Of a stretch of 64,000 nucleotides of DNA, positions 25,868-35,602 are shown piece by piece; position 1 is the first letter of the stretch; each line of letters opens with the position of its first letter. The stretch comes from a virus (Duplodnaviria > Caudoviricetes). The notes under the pieces are model-generated. The model was not told where the DNA came from, made no database searches, and saw nothing but the letters and a program-made list of their open reading frames with translations. Both the position numbers and the translations under genes were made by a program. Location of the stretch: the IMG/VR virus record IMGVR_UViG_3300006201_000013, positions 6,905 to 70,904 of that record. One strand, given 5' to 3'.

Positions 25868-26421
25868 AAGTAATTCTGATTTCCGGTAAAGCAAGACACG
25901 GCAAAGACACCACGGCGGGGTTCCTCAAAAATGCTCTGGAGGCAGACGGCAGTTCTGTCCTGGTCGCCCACTATGGAGACTTGGTGAAATACGTCTGCAA
26001 GACATTCTTCGGTTGGGACGGAGAGAAAGATGAGAGGGGGCGGACGCTTCTGCAGAAGGTCGGCACGGACGCCATCCGGGCAAAGCGGCCCGACTACTGG
26101 GTGTCCTTCATCTCTGACATCATGAGCTTCTTCCCAGGAGAATGGGACTATGTTTTAGTTCCCGACTGCCGCTTCCCCAATGAGGTGGACTACATCAAAA
26201 ACGCCGGGTTCGATGCGGTGCATCTCCGTGTTGTTCGTGAGGGGTTCGTAAGCCCGCTCACATTGGAACAGCAGGCGCACCCATCCGAAACGGCGCTGGA
26301 CGATGTACGAGCCGACTACTACATAATCAACAACGGGTCTCTGAAAGACCTCCAGAACGCCGTGATTGAGTGGCTGGTCGAGTTGAACGGCCAGCACCAG
26401 ACTACTTTTGAGGAGATGTGA
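25864..26421 (+). CDS. P-loop nucleotide monophosphate kinase
   Basis: LISGKARHGKDT, LLQKVGT, PDCRFPNE, HPSETALD. Confidence 0.82.
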   Translation: MKVILISGKARHGKDTTAGFLKNALEADGSSVLVAHYGDLVKYVCKTFFGWDGEKDERGRTLLQKVGTDAIRAKRPDYWVSFISDIMSFFPGEWDYVLVPDCRFPNEVDYIKNAGFDAVHLRVVREGFVSPLTLEQQAHPSETALDDVRADYYIINNGSLKDLQNAVIEWLVELNGQHQTTFEEM

Positions 26422-26423
26422 AC

Positions 26424-27014
26424 ATGACCCGTCTGAGAATATTGTTCGATGCGGACGATGTGGCCGAAACACTCCTGGAGGGCTGGGTCAAGACCCTGAA
26501 CGAAAGGTATGGCACCACAACTTCGGTTGAGGACGTAACCGATTGGGATGTCTCGAAGGCATTTCCAACATTGACAAAGCAGCAGATTTACGGCGTGCTC
26601 CAGGAAGACGAGGTGTGGGCAAAGCTCACACCCATGCCTGGAGCACAAGAGTATCTGAAGCGGCTTCACGATGAAGGCCACGAGCTCTATATGGTTACGG
26701 CAACCGACTACCGCACTTGTCGTGTGAAAATCGAGCGTATCTTGGAGCTGTTCCCGTTCCTGAACGCAAACCACATCATCATCGCTCACAACAAACAGAT
26801 GGTGATGGGTGATGTTCTGATTGATGACGGGCCTCACAACCTCGTCAACGGCCCCTACTTCCGCATTCTCTTTGACCAGCCGCACAATCGAGGCATCAAC
26901 GAGAAGAAATACGGAATGTACCGGGCTGTTGGTTGGGAACAGGTTTATCAGCTCATCCATGAGAACCTCGTTTTCAAGCCGGACGACGATGTCTGGCGGA
27001 ACATTTCCCTATAA
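26424..27014 (+). CDS. HAD-family 5'(3')-deoxyribonucleotidase
   Basis: ILFDADDV, PMPGAQE, VTAT, LIDDGPHN, PHN. Confidence 0.82.
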   Translation: MTRLRILFDADDVAETLLEGWVKTLNERYGTTTSVEDVTDWDVSKAFPTLTKQQIYGVLQEDEVWAKLTPMPGAQEYLKRLHDEGHELYMVTATDYRTCRVKIERILELFPFLNANHIIIAHNKQMVMGDVLIDDGPHNLVNGPYFRILFDQPHNRGINEKKYGMYRAVGWEQVYQLIHENLVFKPDDDVWRNISL

Positions 27015-27029
27015 AGGAGGTCGAGCATT

Positions 27030-29237
27030 ATGGTCGTCATCAAAAGAGATGGCCGAGAGGTCAACTTCGACAAATCTAAGATTCGTGACGCTGCGTACAG
27101 AGCCTTGTGCGAGGTTGACCACCTGCATCCCATCGAAAACAAGGAGAATCTGGCTGAGCGTGTAGCCAACAGGCTTGCGTTCAAGTATAAGAATCTCCAT
27201 CGGGCGATTTCTGTGGAGGAAATCCAGGATGATGTCGAGAACAGGCTGATGGAGGAGGGCGTCTATGAGGTCGCCAAGGCGTATATCAAATACCGCTATG
27301 AACATGAGCTTCTGCGGAATATGAGCACGCTGGACGGAAAGGTTCTCTCCATCGCTGATAACGTTAATGAGACCGTCATTCAGGAGAACTCCAACAAGAA
27401 CCCCGCAATCCTGTCTACCCAGCGTGACTACATAGCAGGCGAGCTGAGCCGTGACATCACAAACCGGCTCCTTCTGCCGGAGGAAATCACCAAAGCCCAT
27501 GAGGAAGGTATCATCCACTTCCACGACAGCGACTACTATCTCCAGCGTATGCACAACTGCTGTCTGGTCAACCTGGAGGATATGCTCCAGAACGGCACCG
27601 TTATCTCTGGCACCCTGATTGAGAAGCCCCACAGCTTCTCCACCGCCTGCAACATTGCCACCCAAATCATCGCCCAGGTGGCCTCCAACCAGTACGGCGG
27701 CCAGTCTATCTCTCTGGCGCACCTCGCTCCCTTTGTGGACGTGTCCCGGCGGAAGATTCGCAAGGAAGTTGAGGAGGAGTTCAAGACCATCCCTCTGGAC
27801 GCGGGCTGTGACGATGTAGAGTCCGTCATCTTCGATATTGTCGAAGGCCGCGTTCGGGAGGAGGTTAAGCGTGGCGTCCAGACTATCCAATATCAGGTCA
27901 TCACATTGATGACCACCAACGGACAGGCCCCATTCATCACCGTGTTCATGTACCTCAACGAGGTCAACGACCCTCAGACCAAGCATGACCTCGCCATGAT
28001 TATTGAGGAGGTCGTGAAGCAGCGCATGGAGGGCGTGAAGAATGAGAAGGGTATCTGGGTCACCCCGGCCTTCCCTAAGCTCATCTATGTACTGGAGGAC
28101 GACAACATTGAGCCCGGCACTCCCTACTACTATCTGACCGAACTGTGCGCCAAGTGCTCCGTCAAGCGTCTGGTTCCTGACTACATCTCCGAGAAGAAGA
28201 TGCTTGAGAACAAGGTAGACGCCAACGGCGATGGCCACTGCTACACCTGCATGGGATGCCGCTCCTTCCTGACCCCCTATCTGGACGGGAACGGCAAACC
28301 CAAGTATTATGGCCGCTTCAACCAGGGTGTGGTCACTATCAATCTCCCGGATGTCGGGTTGTCCGCTGGCGGCGACTTCGACAGGTTCTGGGAGATTTTT
28401 GATGAGCGCCTGGAGCTATGCCATCGTGCGTTGCAGCTCCGTCATGAGCGGCTGGTCGGTACTCTCTCCGATGCCTCTCCCATCCACTGGCAGCATGGCG
28501 CTTTGGCCCGGCTGGAGAAGGGCGAGACCATCGACAAGCTCCTCTACGGTGGGTACTCCACCATCTCTCTGGGCTACGCCGGTCTGTATGAGTGCGTCAA
28601 GGCCATGACCGGGAAGAGCCACACCGACCCAGAGGCCAAGCAGTTTGCACTGGATGTCATGCAGTACATGAATGACAAATGCAAGCAGTGGAAGGCCGCT
28701 GAGAACATGGACTACAGCCTGTATGGCACGCCCATCGAGTCCACCACCTACAAGTTCGCCAAGTGCCTCCAGAAGCGCTTTGGCGTCATCGAGGGCATTA
28801 CAGACAAGGGATACATCACCAACAGCTACCATGTCCACGTCACCGAGGAGATTGACGCCTTCACCAAATTGAAGTTTGAAGCGGAGTTCCAGCAGCTCTC
28901 TCCCGGCGGCGCTATCAGTTACATCGAGATTGCCAACCTCTCCGACAACATCCCGGCGGTCATGACCGTGTTGCGGTACATCTACGACAACATCATGTAC
29001 GCCGAGCTCAACACCAAGTCCGACTACTGCCAGTGCTGTGGTTGGGATAAGGAAATTGAGGTTGTCCAAAATGAGCATGGCAAGCTGATTTGGCGCTGTC
29101 CCAACTGCGGCAACACAGACAAGAGCAAAATGAATATTGCTCGTCGAACCTGCGGCTACATCGGTCTGAATGACTGGAACCAGGGTCGGACGCAGGAAAT
29201 CAAGGAACGGTACGTCCACTTGGGCAGCGCAGAATAA
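27030..29237 (+). CDS. nrdD: Anaerobic (class III) ribonucleotide reductase with ATP cone
   Basis: VIKRDG ATP cone, HNCCLVN, GQAPF, MGCRSFL, CQCC/CPNC Zn site, glycyl radical RRTCGYIG. Confidence 0.96.
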   Translation: MVVIKRDGREVNFDKSKIRDAAYRALCEVDHLHPIENKENLAERVANRLAFKYKNLHRAISVEEIQDDVENRLMEEGVYEVAKAYIKYRYEHELLRNMSTLDGKVLSIADNVNETVIQENSNKNPAILSTQRDYIAGELSRDITNRLLLPEEITKAHEEGIIHFHDSDYYLQRMHNCCLVNLEDMLQNGTVISGTLIEKPHSFSTACNIATQIIAQVASNQYGGQSISLAHLAPFVDVSRRKIRKEVEEEFKTIPLDAGCDDVESVIFDIVEGRVREEVKRGVQTIQYQVITLMTTNGQAPFITVFMYLNEVNDPQTKHDLAMIIEEVVKQRMEGVKNEKGIWVTPAFPKLIYVLEDDNIEPGTPYYYLTELCAKCSVKRLVPDYISEKKMLENKVDANGDGHCYTCMGCRSFLTPYLDGNGKPKYYGRFNQGVVTINLPDVGLSAGGDFDRFWEIFDERLELCHRALQLRHERLVGTLSDASPIHWQHGALARLEKGETIDKLLYGGYSTISLGYAGLYECVKAMTGKSHTDPEAKQFALDVMQYMNDKCKQWKAAENMDYSLYGTPIESTTYKFAKCLQKRFGVIEGITDKGYITNSYHVHVTEEIDAFTKLKFEAEFQQLSPGGAISYIEIANLSDNIPAVMTVLRYIYDNIMYAELNTKSDYCQCCGWDKEIEVVQNEHGKLIWRCPNCGNTDKSKMNIARRTCGYIGLNDWNQGRTQEIKERYVHLGSAE

Positions 29238-29250
29238 GGAGGTGAAGACC

Positions 29251-29364
29251 ATGGTCAAGAGAAGCGTTGAAGACCCCAACACCATCTATGTCACTCTTCC
29301 TGGCGAGGAGGACATCCGGCACATCTTCTACGAGGGAGAGTATGTCGGGTGGTATAGGCCGTGA
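29251..29364 (+). CDS. 37-aa hypothetical protein
   Basis: AAGGAGGTG RBS; stop overlaps the nrdG start. Confidence 0.55.
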   Translation: MVKRSVEDPNTIYVTLPGEEDIRHIFYEGEYVGWYRP

Positions 29365-29885
29365 GATATGCATCCATCCGCAACAATGACATCGCAAACG
29401 GAGAGGGAGTTCGAGTCTCCCTCTTCGTGAGCGGTTGCGACTTCCATTGTCCAGGATGTTTCAACCCGGAGGCACAGAGCTTTGAGTATGGCAAGAAGTT
29501 TGATTCCGAGGTAGCAGAGAGGATTATGAAAATGGTGTCAGAGCCGACTATTTCTGGATTGTCAATCCTCGGAGGAGACCCGCTGTGCCAAGATGTTGCT
29601 GGCTTGATAACTCTGTCGATGCTGTGCAACCGAGTACGATATAGGGGCAAGACCGTATGGCTGTGGACTGGGTTCACATGGGAGGACGTGTTCGCTCTAC
29701 CTTGCCGGGACACACAACACCAGTACCAGAAATTTTTGGTAGCCGATTGCAACGTGGTTGTGGACGGCCCATTCAAGCAGGAGCTGGCCGACCGGAAGCT
29801 GGTCTGGCGAGGCTCCGCAAACCAGCGTGTTATCGACGTACAGGCCAGCCTTCGGGCTGGCGCTGTCGTTACATATCAAAATTAG
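29361..29885 (+). CDS. nrdG: Anaerobic RNR activating enzyme (radical SAM)
   Basis: DIANGEGVRVSLFVSGCDFHCPGCFN, LGGDP, VDGPF, WRGSANQRVID. Confidence 0.95.
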   Translation: MRYASIRNNDIANGEGVRVSLFVSGCDFHCPGCFNPEAQSFEYGKKFDSEVAERIMKMVSEPTISGLSILGGDPLCQDVAGLITLSMLCNRVRYRGKTVWLWTGFTWEDVFALPCRDTQHQYQKFLVADCNVVVDGPFKQELADRKLVWRGSANQRVIDVQASLRAGAVVTYQN

Positions 29886-29898
29886 AAGGAGAACCACT

Positions 29899-30159
29899 AT
29901 GGATAACAAAGAGACTATCGTTCGTGATACCCACTATGAGTATGACGAGAAGGGCAATCTGACCAGCATGACCATCAACGAGACCATCACGAACCCCCGC
30001 ATTGACCTATGCGAAAGCTGCCCCTGCGAAGATGGTGGGCTGCTGACCAGCGAGATTGACTTCACTGCGGACGGGCCGACTTTCGCTGACGCTGCCCTGG
30101 CTCTGGCTGGTCTTGGCCTGTGTCTCACCGCTGTGGCCGCTATCTTCAAGCGCCGCTGA
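29899..30159 (+). CDS. Small protein with C-terminal membrane anchor
   Basis: AAGGAG RBS; hydrophobic tail ending FKRR. Confidence 0.6.
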   Translation: MDNKETIVRDTHYEYDEKGNLTSMTINETITNPRIDLCESCPCEDGGLLTSEIDFTADGPTFADAALALAGLGLCLTAVAAIFKRR

Positions 30160-30192
30160 CCCAGCGGCAATCCGAATCAAAGGAGTGTGCAT

Positions 30193-30678
30193 ATGCCAAA
30201 TCAGTTTGCAGAAATCGAGCGGAAATTCCTGCTCAAATCCTTCCCGACCGACCTTCCTCTGAAAGAGGAGAAAGCGGTTTATCAAGCATACCTGTCCATC
30301 GACCCCGAGGTAAGAATCCGGCGTAATGTAGTGGATGGTCGAGACGCTACACACTTCCTCGCCATCAAGTCCAATGGGGATTTGGTTCGGCAGGAGGTCG
30401 AAATCCCCATTACCACAGAGCACTTCTATGCCCTGGCAGAGATGGTTGTACAGCCCTTCATCACGAAGGAGTTTCGTATCTATCAGCTCCCTGGCGGATT
30501 AGAGCTGGAATGCTCTCACGTTGACAAGGGACGTGATACCGAGTTCATGTATGCAGAGGTCGAGTTCCCGAGCGTAGAAGCCGCTGAGAATTTTGAACCA
30601 CTCCCGTGTTTCACGGCGGATGTTACGAAAGACTCCTCTTACAAGATGAAGAACTTCTGGAAACGGACTCGGAGTTAA
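30193..30678 (+). CDS. CYTH-domain protein
   Basis: EIERKFLL, QAYL, VRIR, RQEVE, ITKEFR, YAEVEF. Confidence 0.85.
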   Translation: MPNQFAEIERKFLLKSFPTDLPLKEEKAVYQAYLSIDPEVRIRRNVVDGRDATHFLAIKSNGDLVRQEVEIPITTEHFYALAEMVVQPFITKEFRIYQLPGGLELECSHVDKGRDTEFMYAEVEFPSVEAAENFEPLPCFTADVTKDSSYKMKNFWKRTRS

Positions 30679-30687
30679 GGAGAGCGC

Positions 30688-31500
30688 ATGGTAATTGATT
30701 GCAAGGCGATTTCTCAGGCCAAACGGGATGCAATCAAGAGGAAAGCCGCAGAGCTTGACATCACGCCAACTCTTGCGGTAATCCTCGCCGTTGACGACCC
30801 AGCCTCTCGGGTGTATGTCCGCAACAAGCGCAGGGCTTGTGAGGAGGTTGGGTTTGGCTTCGAGATGTATTCCGATATCAATGCGGTCGGTGAACTTGTG
30901 ACACGACAGGATGTGCATGGTGTTCTTGTTCAGCTTCCGCTCCCCTCTGACATCGACACAAACAAAGTCATTGCTCAAATCCCGCCGGAGAAAGATGTGG
31001 ATGCGCTGACTGCCACCAATCTTGGCAGGCTTGTGCTTGGCGCATACGACTTTGCCCCATGTACCCCGAGCGGCATCATGACCATCTTGGATAATGTCTG
31101 CGGCTCTGTGTCTGGCGCAAACTGCGTCGTCATTGGCAGGAGCAATATTGTGGGGAAACCCATGTCAATTATGCTTACTCAAAAGAACGCCACGGTCACA
31201 CTGTGCCATTCTCACACCGAAGACCTCGCAGGCATCACAAGCCGTGCGGATATCCTGATTTCTGCCGTTGGAAAGGCTGGATTTGTAACGGCGAACATGG
31301 TGAAGCAGGATACAATCGTCATTGATGTGGGCATCAACCGGAATAGAGAGGGGAAGCTCGTTGGGGATGTGTGCTTCGATGATGTTGTCAGGAAGGCTGA
31401 CGCCATCACCCCTGTTCCGGGCGGCGTTGGAATTATGACCGTCACATCCCTTTTGGAAAACACGTTAAAGGCCGCCGAGCTGGCGGTCGGGAAGAGATAA
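30688..31500 (+). CDS. folD: Methylenetetrahydrofolate dehydrogenase/cyclohydrolase
   Basis: [52 protein letters not shown]. Confidence 0.95.
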   Translation: MVIDCKAISQAKRDAIKRKAAELDITPTLAVILAVDDPASRVYVRNKRRACEEVGFGFEMYSDINAVGELVTRQDVHGVLVQLPLPSDIDTNKVIAQIPPEKDVDALTATNLGRLVLGAYDFAPCTPSGIMTILDNVCGSVSGANCVVIGRSNIVGKPMSIMLTQKNATVTLCHSHTEDLAGITSRADILISAVGKAGFVTANMVKQDTIVIDVGINRNREGKLVGDVCFDDVVRKADAITPVPGGVGIMTVTSLLENTLKAAELAVGKR

Positions 31501-31517
31501 TAAGGAGGATTTTCTAT

Positions 31518-31955
31518 ATGACTGAGACAATCAAGGTTCGCTATCTGAGCGATAAGGTGGGTAAGCTGGAATACATCGGCGGCAAGTCCGACTGGATTGA
31601 CCTGCGGGCCGCTGAGGACGTGGAACTGAAGCAGGGTGAGTTCAAACTCATTCCACTGGGCGTCGCCATGCAGCTCCCTGCTGGCTACGAAGCACACATG
31701 ATTCCCCGTAGCTCTACATACAAGAATTTCGGCGTCATCCAGGCCAACCATATGGGGATGTTTGACGAGAGCTACTGTGGGGACAATGACCAGTGGTACT
31801 TCCCGGCCATCGCCATGAGGAACACGGTCATTCACGCTGGTGACCGCATCTGCCAGTTCCGCATCGTGGAGCATCAGCCCACCCTGAACTTCGTTGCCGT
31901 TGAGACTCTGGGTAACAGCGACCGGGGCGGCATTGGCAGCACGGGGACGAGGTGA
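31518..31955 (+). CDS. dut: Trimeric dUTPase
   Basis: [30 protein letters not shown]. Confidence 0.92.
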   Translation: MTETIKVRYLSDKVGKLEYIGGKSDWIDLRAAEDVELKQGEFKLIPLGVAMQLPAGYEAHMIPRSSTYKNFGVIQANHMGMFDESYCGDNDQWYFPAIAMRNTVIHAGDRICQFRIVEHQPTLNFVAVETLGNSDRGGIGSTGTR

Positions 31956-31959
31956 GGAC

Positions 31960-32142
31960 ATGAGCAGATATGACAGCTCCAGCCGTTCTGGTCTGAGCAC
32001 TTGGGACGTTCTCCTCATTGTTTTCATCGTGCTGAAACTCATCGGGGTTATCAACTGGGGATGGGGCTGGGTTCTGGCCCCGCTGTGGATTCCGGTTCTG
32101 CTTGTTGTTATCGGATTCCTGGTATCTTTGATTTTCGACTGA
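31960..32142 (+). CDS. Small two-helix membrane protein
   Basis: LLIVFIVLKLIGVINWGWGWVLAPLWI. Confidence 0.75.
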   Translation: MSRYDSSSRSGLSTWDVLLIVFIVLKLIGVINWGWGWVLAPLWIPVLLVVIGFLVSLIFD

Positions 32143-32146
32143 GTAT

Positions 32147-32175
32147 AGGGCTGGCTTCGTGCCAGCCCTTTTTTT
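32147..32175 (+). terminator. Intrinsic terminator
   Basis: AGGGCTGGC-TTCGT-GCCAGCCCT followed by a T run. Confidence 0.88.
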
Positions 32176-32198
32176 GTTTTTCTGCCTATGGGTAGGAG

Positions 32199-32372
32199 GT
32201 GATTTCCATTAAATATTCGACAGAAAAAATCAACGCTGTCTACTACGGCAATGAGTACGCCATCACCAATCATACCCCCATCATACATAAAGACGACCGG
32301 CAGGAACTCAAGAACTATATAGAGAAAGTGCTGTACGCCGTCTTTAGCAAGTACCAGTCCAAGAAGAAATAG
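32199..32372 (+). CDS. 57-aa protein upstream of the recombinase (not in the ORF track)
   Basis: AGGAGG RBS, GTG start; VISIKYSTEKINAVYYGNEYAITNHTPIIHKDDRQELKNYIEKVLYAVFSKYQSKKK. Confidence 0.6.
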   Translation: MISIKYSTEKINAVYYGNEYAITNHTPIIHKDDRQELKNYIEKVLYAVFSKYQSKKK

Positions 32373-32386
32373 TGGAGGTATGTAAG

Positions 32387-33901
32387 ATGGTAGATTTCAT
32401 TTATGCCCGCCAGTCTGTAGACAAGGAGGACAGCATCTCTATCGAGAGCCAAATCGAGTTGTGTCTGCGTGAGGTTGGCAACAACCAGCACAAGGTATTT
32501 CGTGACAAGGGTTATAGCGGCAAGAACACAGAGCGTCCAGACTTTCAGGAGATGATGGCCGAGGTCAGGGCTGGTGGTGTTGGTCGTATTATCGTGTACC
32601 GACTCGACCGTATCAGCCGGTCTGTGCTCGACTTCGCCAACGTCATCAGCGAGCTCCAGAAGTATGGCGTCGAGTTTGTGTCCATCACAGAACGGTTCGA
32701 TACCTCAACCCCCATCGGAAAGGCTATGCTGATGATAGTCATGGTTTTCGCCCAGCTTGAACGCGAGACCATCCAGCAGCGTGTCATCGACGCATATCGC
32801 TCTCGCAGCCGAAAGGGGTTCTACATGGGCGGCAGAGTGCCGTATGGATATGAGCTTGAGAACATCGTTATGGACGGAATCAAGACCTGTATGTATCGCC
32901 CCATCCCAGAGCAGATACAGATTGTCAAGCTCATCTATGCTCTGTACTCGCAGCCGCAGACATCCTTCTCCGACGTTATCAAATACTTGAGCACTCACGG
33001 GATAAAGAACCAGTCGGGCCACAACTTCAGTCGGATGAGAGTGCGTGACATCATCACTAACCCGGTATATGTTAAGGCCGATGCAGATGTATACGAGTTC
33101 TTCCGAGCCCAGGGAACCGAGGTGGTCAACGATGTTTCTCAGTTCATTGGCACTAATGGTGCCTACCTCTACACCGGGGACAAGGCTACACAAAGGAAAG
33201 CCATTTGCCTTGATGGTCAGGTGCTGGTCATCGCTCCGCATGAGGGGTGTATTGACTCGGATACATGGCTTCGGTGCCGGAGGAAATGCTTGAATGTGCG
33301 CCAGATTGCAAAGCCGGTCAAGGCCAAAAACACCTGGCTCGCCGGGAAGATAAAGTGTATTCACTGTGGGCACGCTCTGTCTCTGAGAGCATACCCCCGG
33401 AAACGCACTGTTCCGGCTCGGTACTATGTATGCAGCACCAAGTATGTCTCCGCTTCCTGTGACGGCATTGGAGCTGTCCAAGCCTCGGATATTGAGGACA
33501 TCGTGTTCGACGAGATGCGGAGAAAGCTGGCTGAGTTCACCGAACTCTCGGTAAAGGAGCGGCAGGGAGACCCCATTGAGTTGACCAAGTTGAAGGTTCG
33601 GGCTGATGAGATTGAAAAAGAAATCGCCACACTCATCGACAAAATCGTGTCAGCGAGTCCAGCGACCATGGAATATATCAACAAGCGGATTGACGCCCTC
33701 GACGAGGAGAAGAAAGCCGTCCGGGAGCAAATCGCTCAAATGTCAGCAGAGATGTATGGCAAACGGAACATGGGGACTATCAGTGGGTATATAAACGACT
33801 GGGAGAGAATCGACATGGACGACAAACTGACAGTCGTAGATGCGCTGATTGATAATATTCGGGTAGGCCGAGGAGACGTGCAGATTACCTGGAAAATCTG
33901 A
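32387..33901 (+). CDS. Large serine recombinase (integrase)
   Basis: YARQS (catalytic Ser), SIESQ, DKGYSG, YRLDRISRS, GGRVPYGY, Zn ribbon CIHCG...YYVC, C-terminal coiled coil. Confidence 0.95.
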   Translation: MVDFIYARQSVDKEDSISIESQIELCLREVGNNQHKVFRDKGYSGKNTERPDFQEMMAEVRAGGVGRIIVYRLDRISRSVLDFANVISELQKYGVEFVSITERFDTSTPIGKAMLMIVMVFAQLERETIQQRVIDAYRSRSRKGFYMGGRVPYGYELENIVMDGIKTCMYRPIPEQIQIVKLIYALYSQPQTSFSDVIKYLSTHGIKNQSGHNFSRMRVRDIITNPVYVKADADVYEFFRAQGTEVVNDVSQFIGTNGAYLYTGDKATQRKAICLDGQVLVIAPHEGCIDSDTWLRCRRKCLNVRQIAKPVKAKNTWLAGKIKCIHCGHALSLRAYPRKRTVPARYYVCSTKYVSASCDGIGAVQASDIEDIVFDEMRRKLAEFTELSVKERQGDPIELTKLKVRADEIEKEIATLIDKIVSASPATMEYINKRIDALDEEKKAVREQIAQMSAEMYGKRNMGTISGYINDWERIDMDDKLTVVDALIDNIRVGRGDVQITWKI

Positions 33902-33902
33902 C

Positions 33903-33948
33903 GTTGTAAGCTGATTGTTTTGCTAAAGCTATACAATCAACCTACCAC
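33903..33948. other. Candidate attP: imperfect palindrome directly after the integrase
   Basis: TGATTGT (33912-33918) / ACAATCA (33933-33939) arms with partial symmetry extending both inward and outward. Confidence 0.45.
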
Positions 33949-34004
33949 GACTTTTACGCCCTTGGAAACGGTTCAAACTGGGGCGTGTACATATAAAATA
34001 TTTG

Positions 34005-34033
34005 TTTACAAGAGCGCTGATATAAGCTATAAT
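34005..34033 (+). promoter_or_regulatory. Sigma-A-type promoter of a stand-alone gene
   Basis: TTTACA-17 nt-TATAAT. Confidence 0.7.
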
Positions 34034-34076
34034 GAATCAGCGATGTTGTAAGCAAATATTCGGGAAGGAGACCACT

Positions 34077-34406
34077 ATGGTAGAAAAATACATCGAGGCC
34101 ATTAACGCAGGGAAGATTATTTCGGTAAACTGGCGTTCCATTGAGGAAATGCTCGGAGAAAACGCTGGGCGTACCCATGCCTGCTCTATTTATATAGACG
34201 ACGGTGCTTTCCCTCCCAAAGGAGAAACGTATACTGACCAGCTCACAGAGGAGCAGATTGCCGAGGTTCTCCACCAGACCAACGTCAGATTCATGGCCGA
34301 GACCCACAAAGACGGAGTGCCTTACCTCCCCATAGAGACCAGATACTTTTCTTCCACGAAGCCTGTGTCTGGCCCGTGGATTGAAAACCCCAATTATAAA
34401 GCGTAA
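34077..34406 (+). CDS. Hypothetical moron-like protein
   Basis: Own promoter, AAGGAG RBS and a downstream hairpin. Confidence 0.7.
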   Translation: MVEKYIEAINAGKIISVNWRSIEEMLGENAGRTHACSIYIDDGAFPPKGETYTDQLTEEQIAEVLHQTNVRFMAETHKDGVPYLPIETRYFSSTKPVSGPWIENPNYKA

Positions 34407-34455
34407 AAAGAAGGAGAGCTACCTGCAATCGCAAGTAACTCTCCTATTTTTATTT
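34405..34455. terminator. Probable bidirectional terminator between convergent modules
   Basis: AGGAGAG...CTCTCCT stem flanked by A-rich and T-rich runs. Confidence 0.6.
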
Positions 34456-34886
34456 CAGGCATTACCAAAATCGTGCTTTTCCAGCCTTTCGCTGTACACC
34501 CGCTCGATATTCTGAATCGCCAGCACCGCCCGGTTGTTCTCATACTCTGGGTGCTCTTTGCAGTAACGCTCATAGAAGTCAATTTCAGAAAGGGCTTCGA
34601 TGAAATCCTCCTGAGTATGGGGGATATTGTCCTGCAAAAGTTCCCGGTTGAAACGCAGGATTTGAACTCGGTGCGCATCCGCATTACGCTCATCGTCGAT
34701 GCGGATATGTTCGTCCAGACGGCCCTGCACCTCATTCAACTTCGCAATCACGTCACCGTTCAGTGCCTTCCCAATCATCTTCCCGATAGCAGACCACGGA
34801 TTGACCTTGATAGGCGCAATCTGCACCAGCGTCATCAGGATGACCAGAGCGCCGCCGGAGCTTGCCAGAATTTCCTGAATGCTCAT
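34455..34886 (-). CDS. Lysis-cassette membrane protein (holin-associated)
   Basis: N-terminal hydrophobic segment with QIAPIKVNPWS; last gene of the lysis cluster. Confidence 0.65.
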   Translation of the reverse strand: MSIQEILASSGGALVILMTLVQIAPIKVNPWSAIGKMIGKALNGDVIAKLNEVQGRLDEHIRIDDERNADAHRVQILRFNRELLQDNIPHTQEDFIEALSEIDFYERYCKEHPEYENNRAVLAIQNIERVYSERLEKHDFGNA

Positions 34887-34889
34887 AGC

Positions 34890-35228
34890 TTACTCACCTG
34901 CCTCTCCGGTTTCCGCAGGTGCATTAACCTTCTTGCTCATGTTGCACAGGTCGTCGATGAGCTTGCTGATAACTTCCATGTCGATGTCGTAATCAACAGT
35001 GTCCGCAGATGCCTTGACCATAGCCAGCACCCACTCCTTACGGTCTGCGCCGTTATCGAACTTCTCCTCAGCAGTTGCCATGTACTTCATCACCATGTCC
35101 AGCACCTTCCCCCAATTCTTCTCTTTTACAGCCTTCTGGACATACTCCACCAGCTTGATAGCCAGAGGGATGGCAGTAGCCAGACCGGCGAGAACGGACA
35201 CAATAAGCTGCAGCCACTCCATGTTCAT
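34890..35228 (-). CDS. Holin (LL-H-like)
   Basis: One N-terminal TM helix, then AEEKFDNGADRKEWV; next to the endolysin. Confidence 0.7.
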   Translation of the reverse strand: MNMEWLQLIVSVLAGLATAIPLAIKLVEYVQKAVKEKNWGKVLDMVMKYMATAEEKFDNGADRKEWVLAMVKASADTVDYDIDMEVISKLIDDLCNMSKKVNAPAETGEAGE

Positions 35229-35242
35229 AGTCACTCCTCCTC

Positions 35243-35602
35243 TCAAATTGCGGGGCTCTCTTCGACCCCATCATCCGTTTGTGCAAATCCCGCCGCCTTT
35301 GCAGCAGCGAACTTGATTCCCTCGCCCTCAGCACTCGTGTTCTCATGTTCGCTCTTGCGCACAATGCTGTTCAGCACGATGCCGATGGCGGTGCCCACCG
35401 GGGTGAACACCACGGTGAAGCACGCCAGAGCGCCCATATACTGGAACTCGATACTCTTCCAAGCGAGAATGAATCCACCCGCAAGCCCTGCTGCCAGAAA
35501 CAGCATGAGGTAGAGGGCGAGTTTGTTCGTAAACCCGATAGATTGGCGCTTCTTCTTGCGCCGTCTGGGTTTCTTCCGCCCTCGCTCAATCTTGATGGTC
35601 AT
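35243..35602 (-). CDS. Two-helix membrane protein of the lysis cassette
   Basis: Basic N-terminus followed by two hydrophobic helices. Confidence 0.65.
   Translation of the reverse strand: MTIKIERGRKKPRRRKKKRQSIGFTNKLALYLMLFLAAGLAGGFILAWKSIEFQYMGALACFTVVFTPVGTAIGIVLNSIVRKSEHENTSAEGEGIKFAAAKAAGFAQTDDGVEESPAI

Noticed and set aside
27009-28238. Long antisense ORFs (also 34473-35513, 36059-37183, 41244-42659, 48049-49173, 49225-50994, 54800-56230)
   Set aside because: They shadow well-supported genes on the other strand, have no motifs, and are expected from codon bias in GC-rich coding DNA.
14469-31955. Z-base or 7-deazaguanine genome modification pathway
   Set aside because: HD and kinase genes are present, but no purZ, folE, queCDE or dpdA could be recognised.
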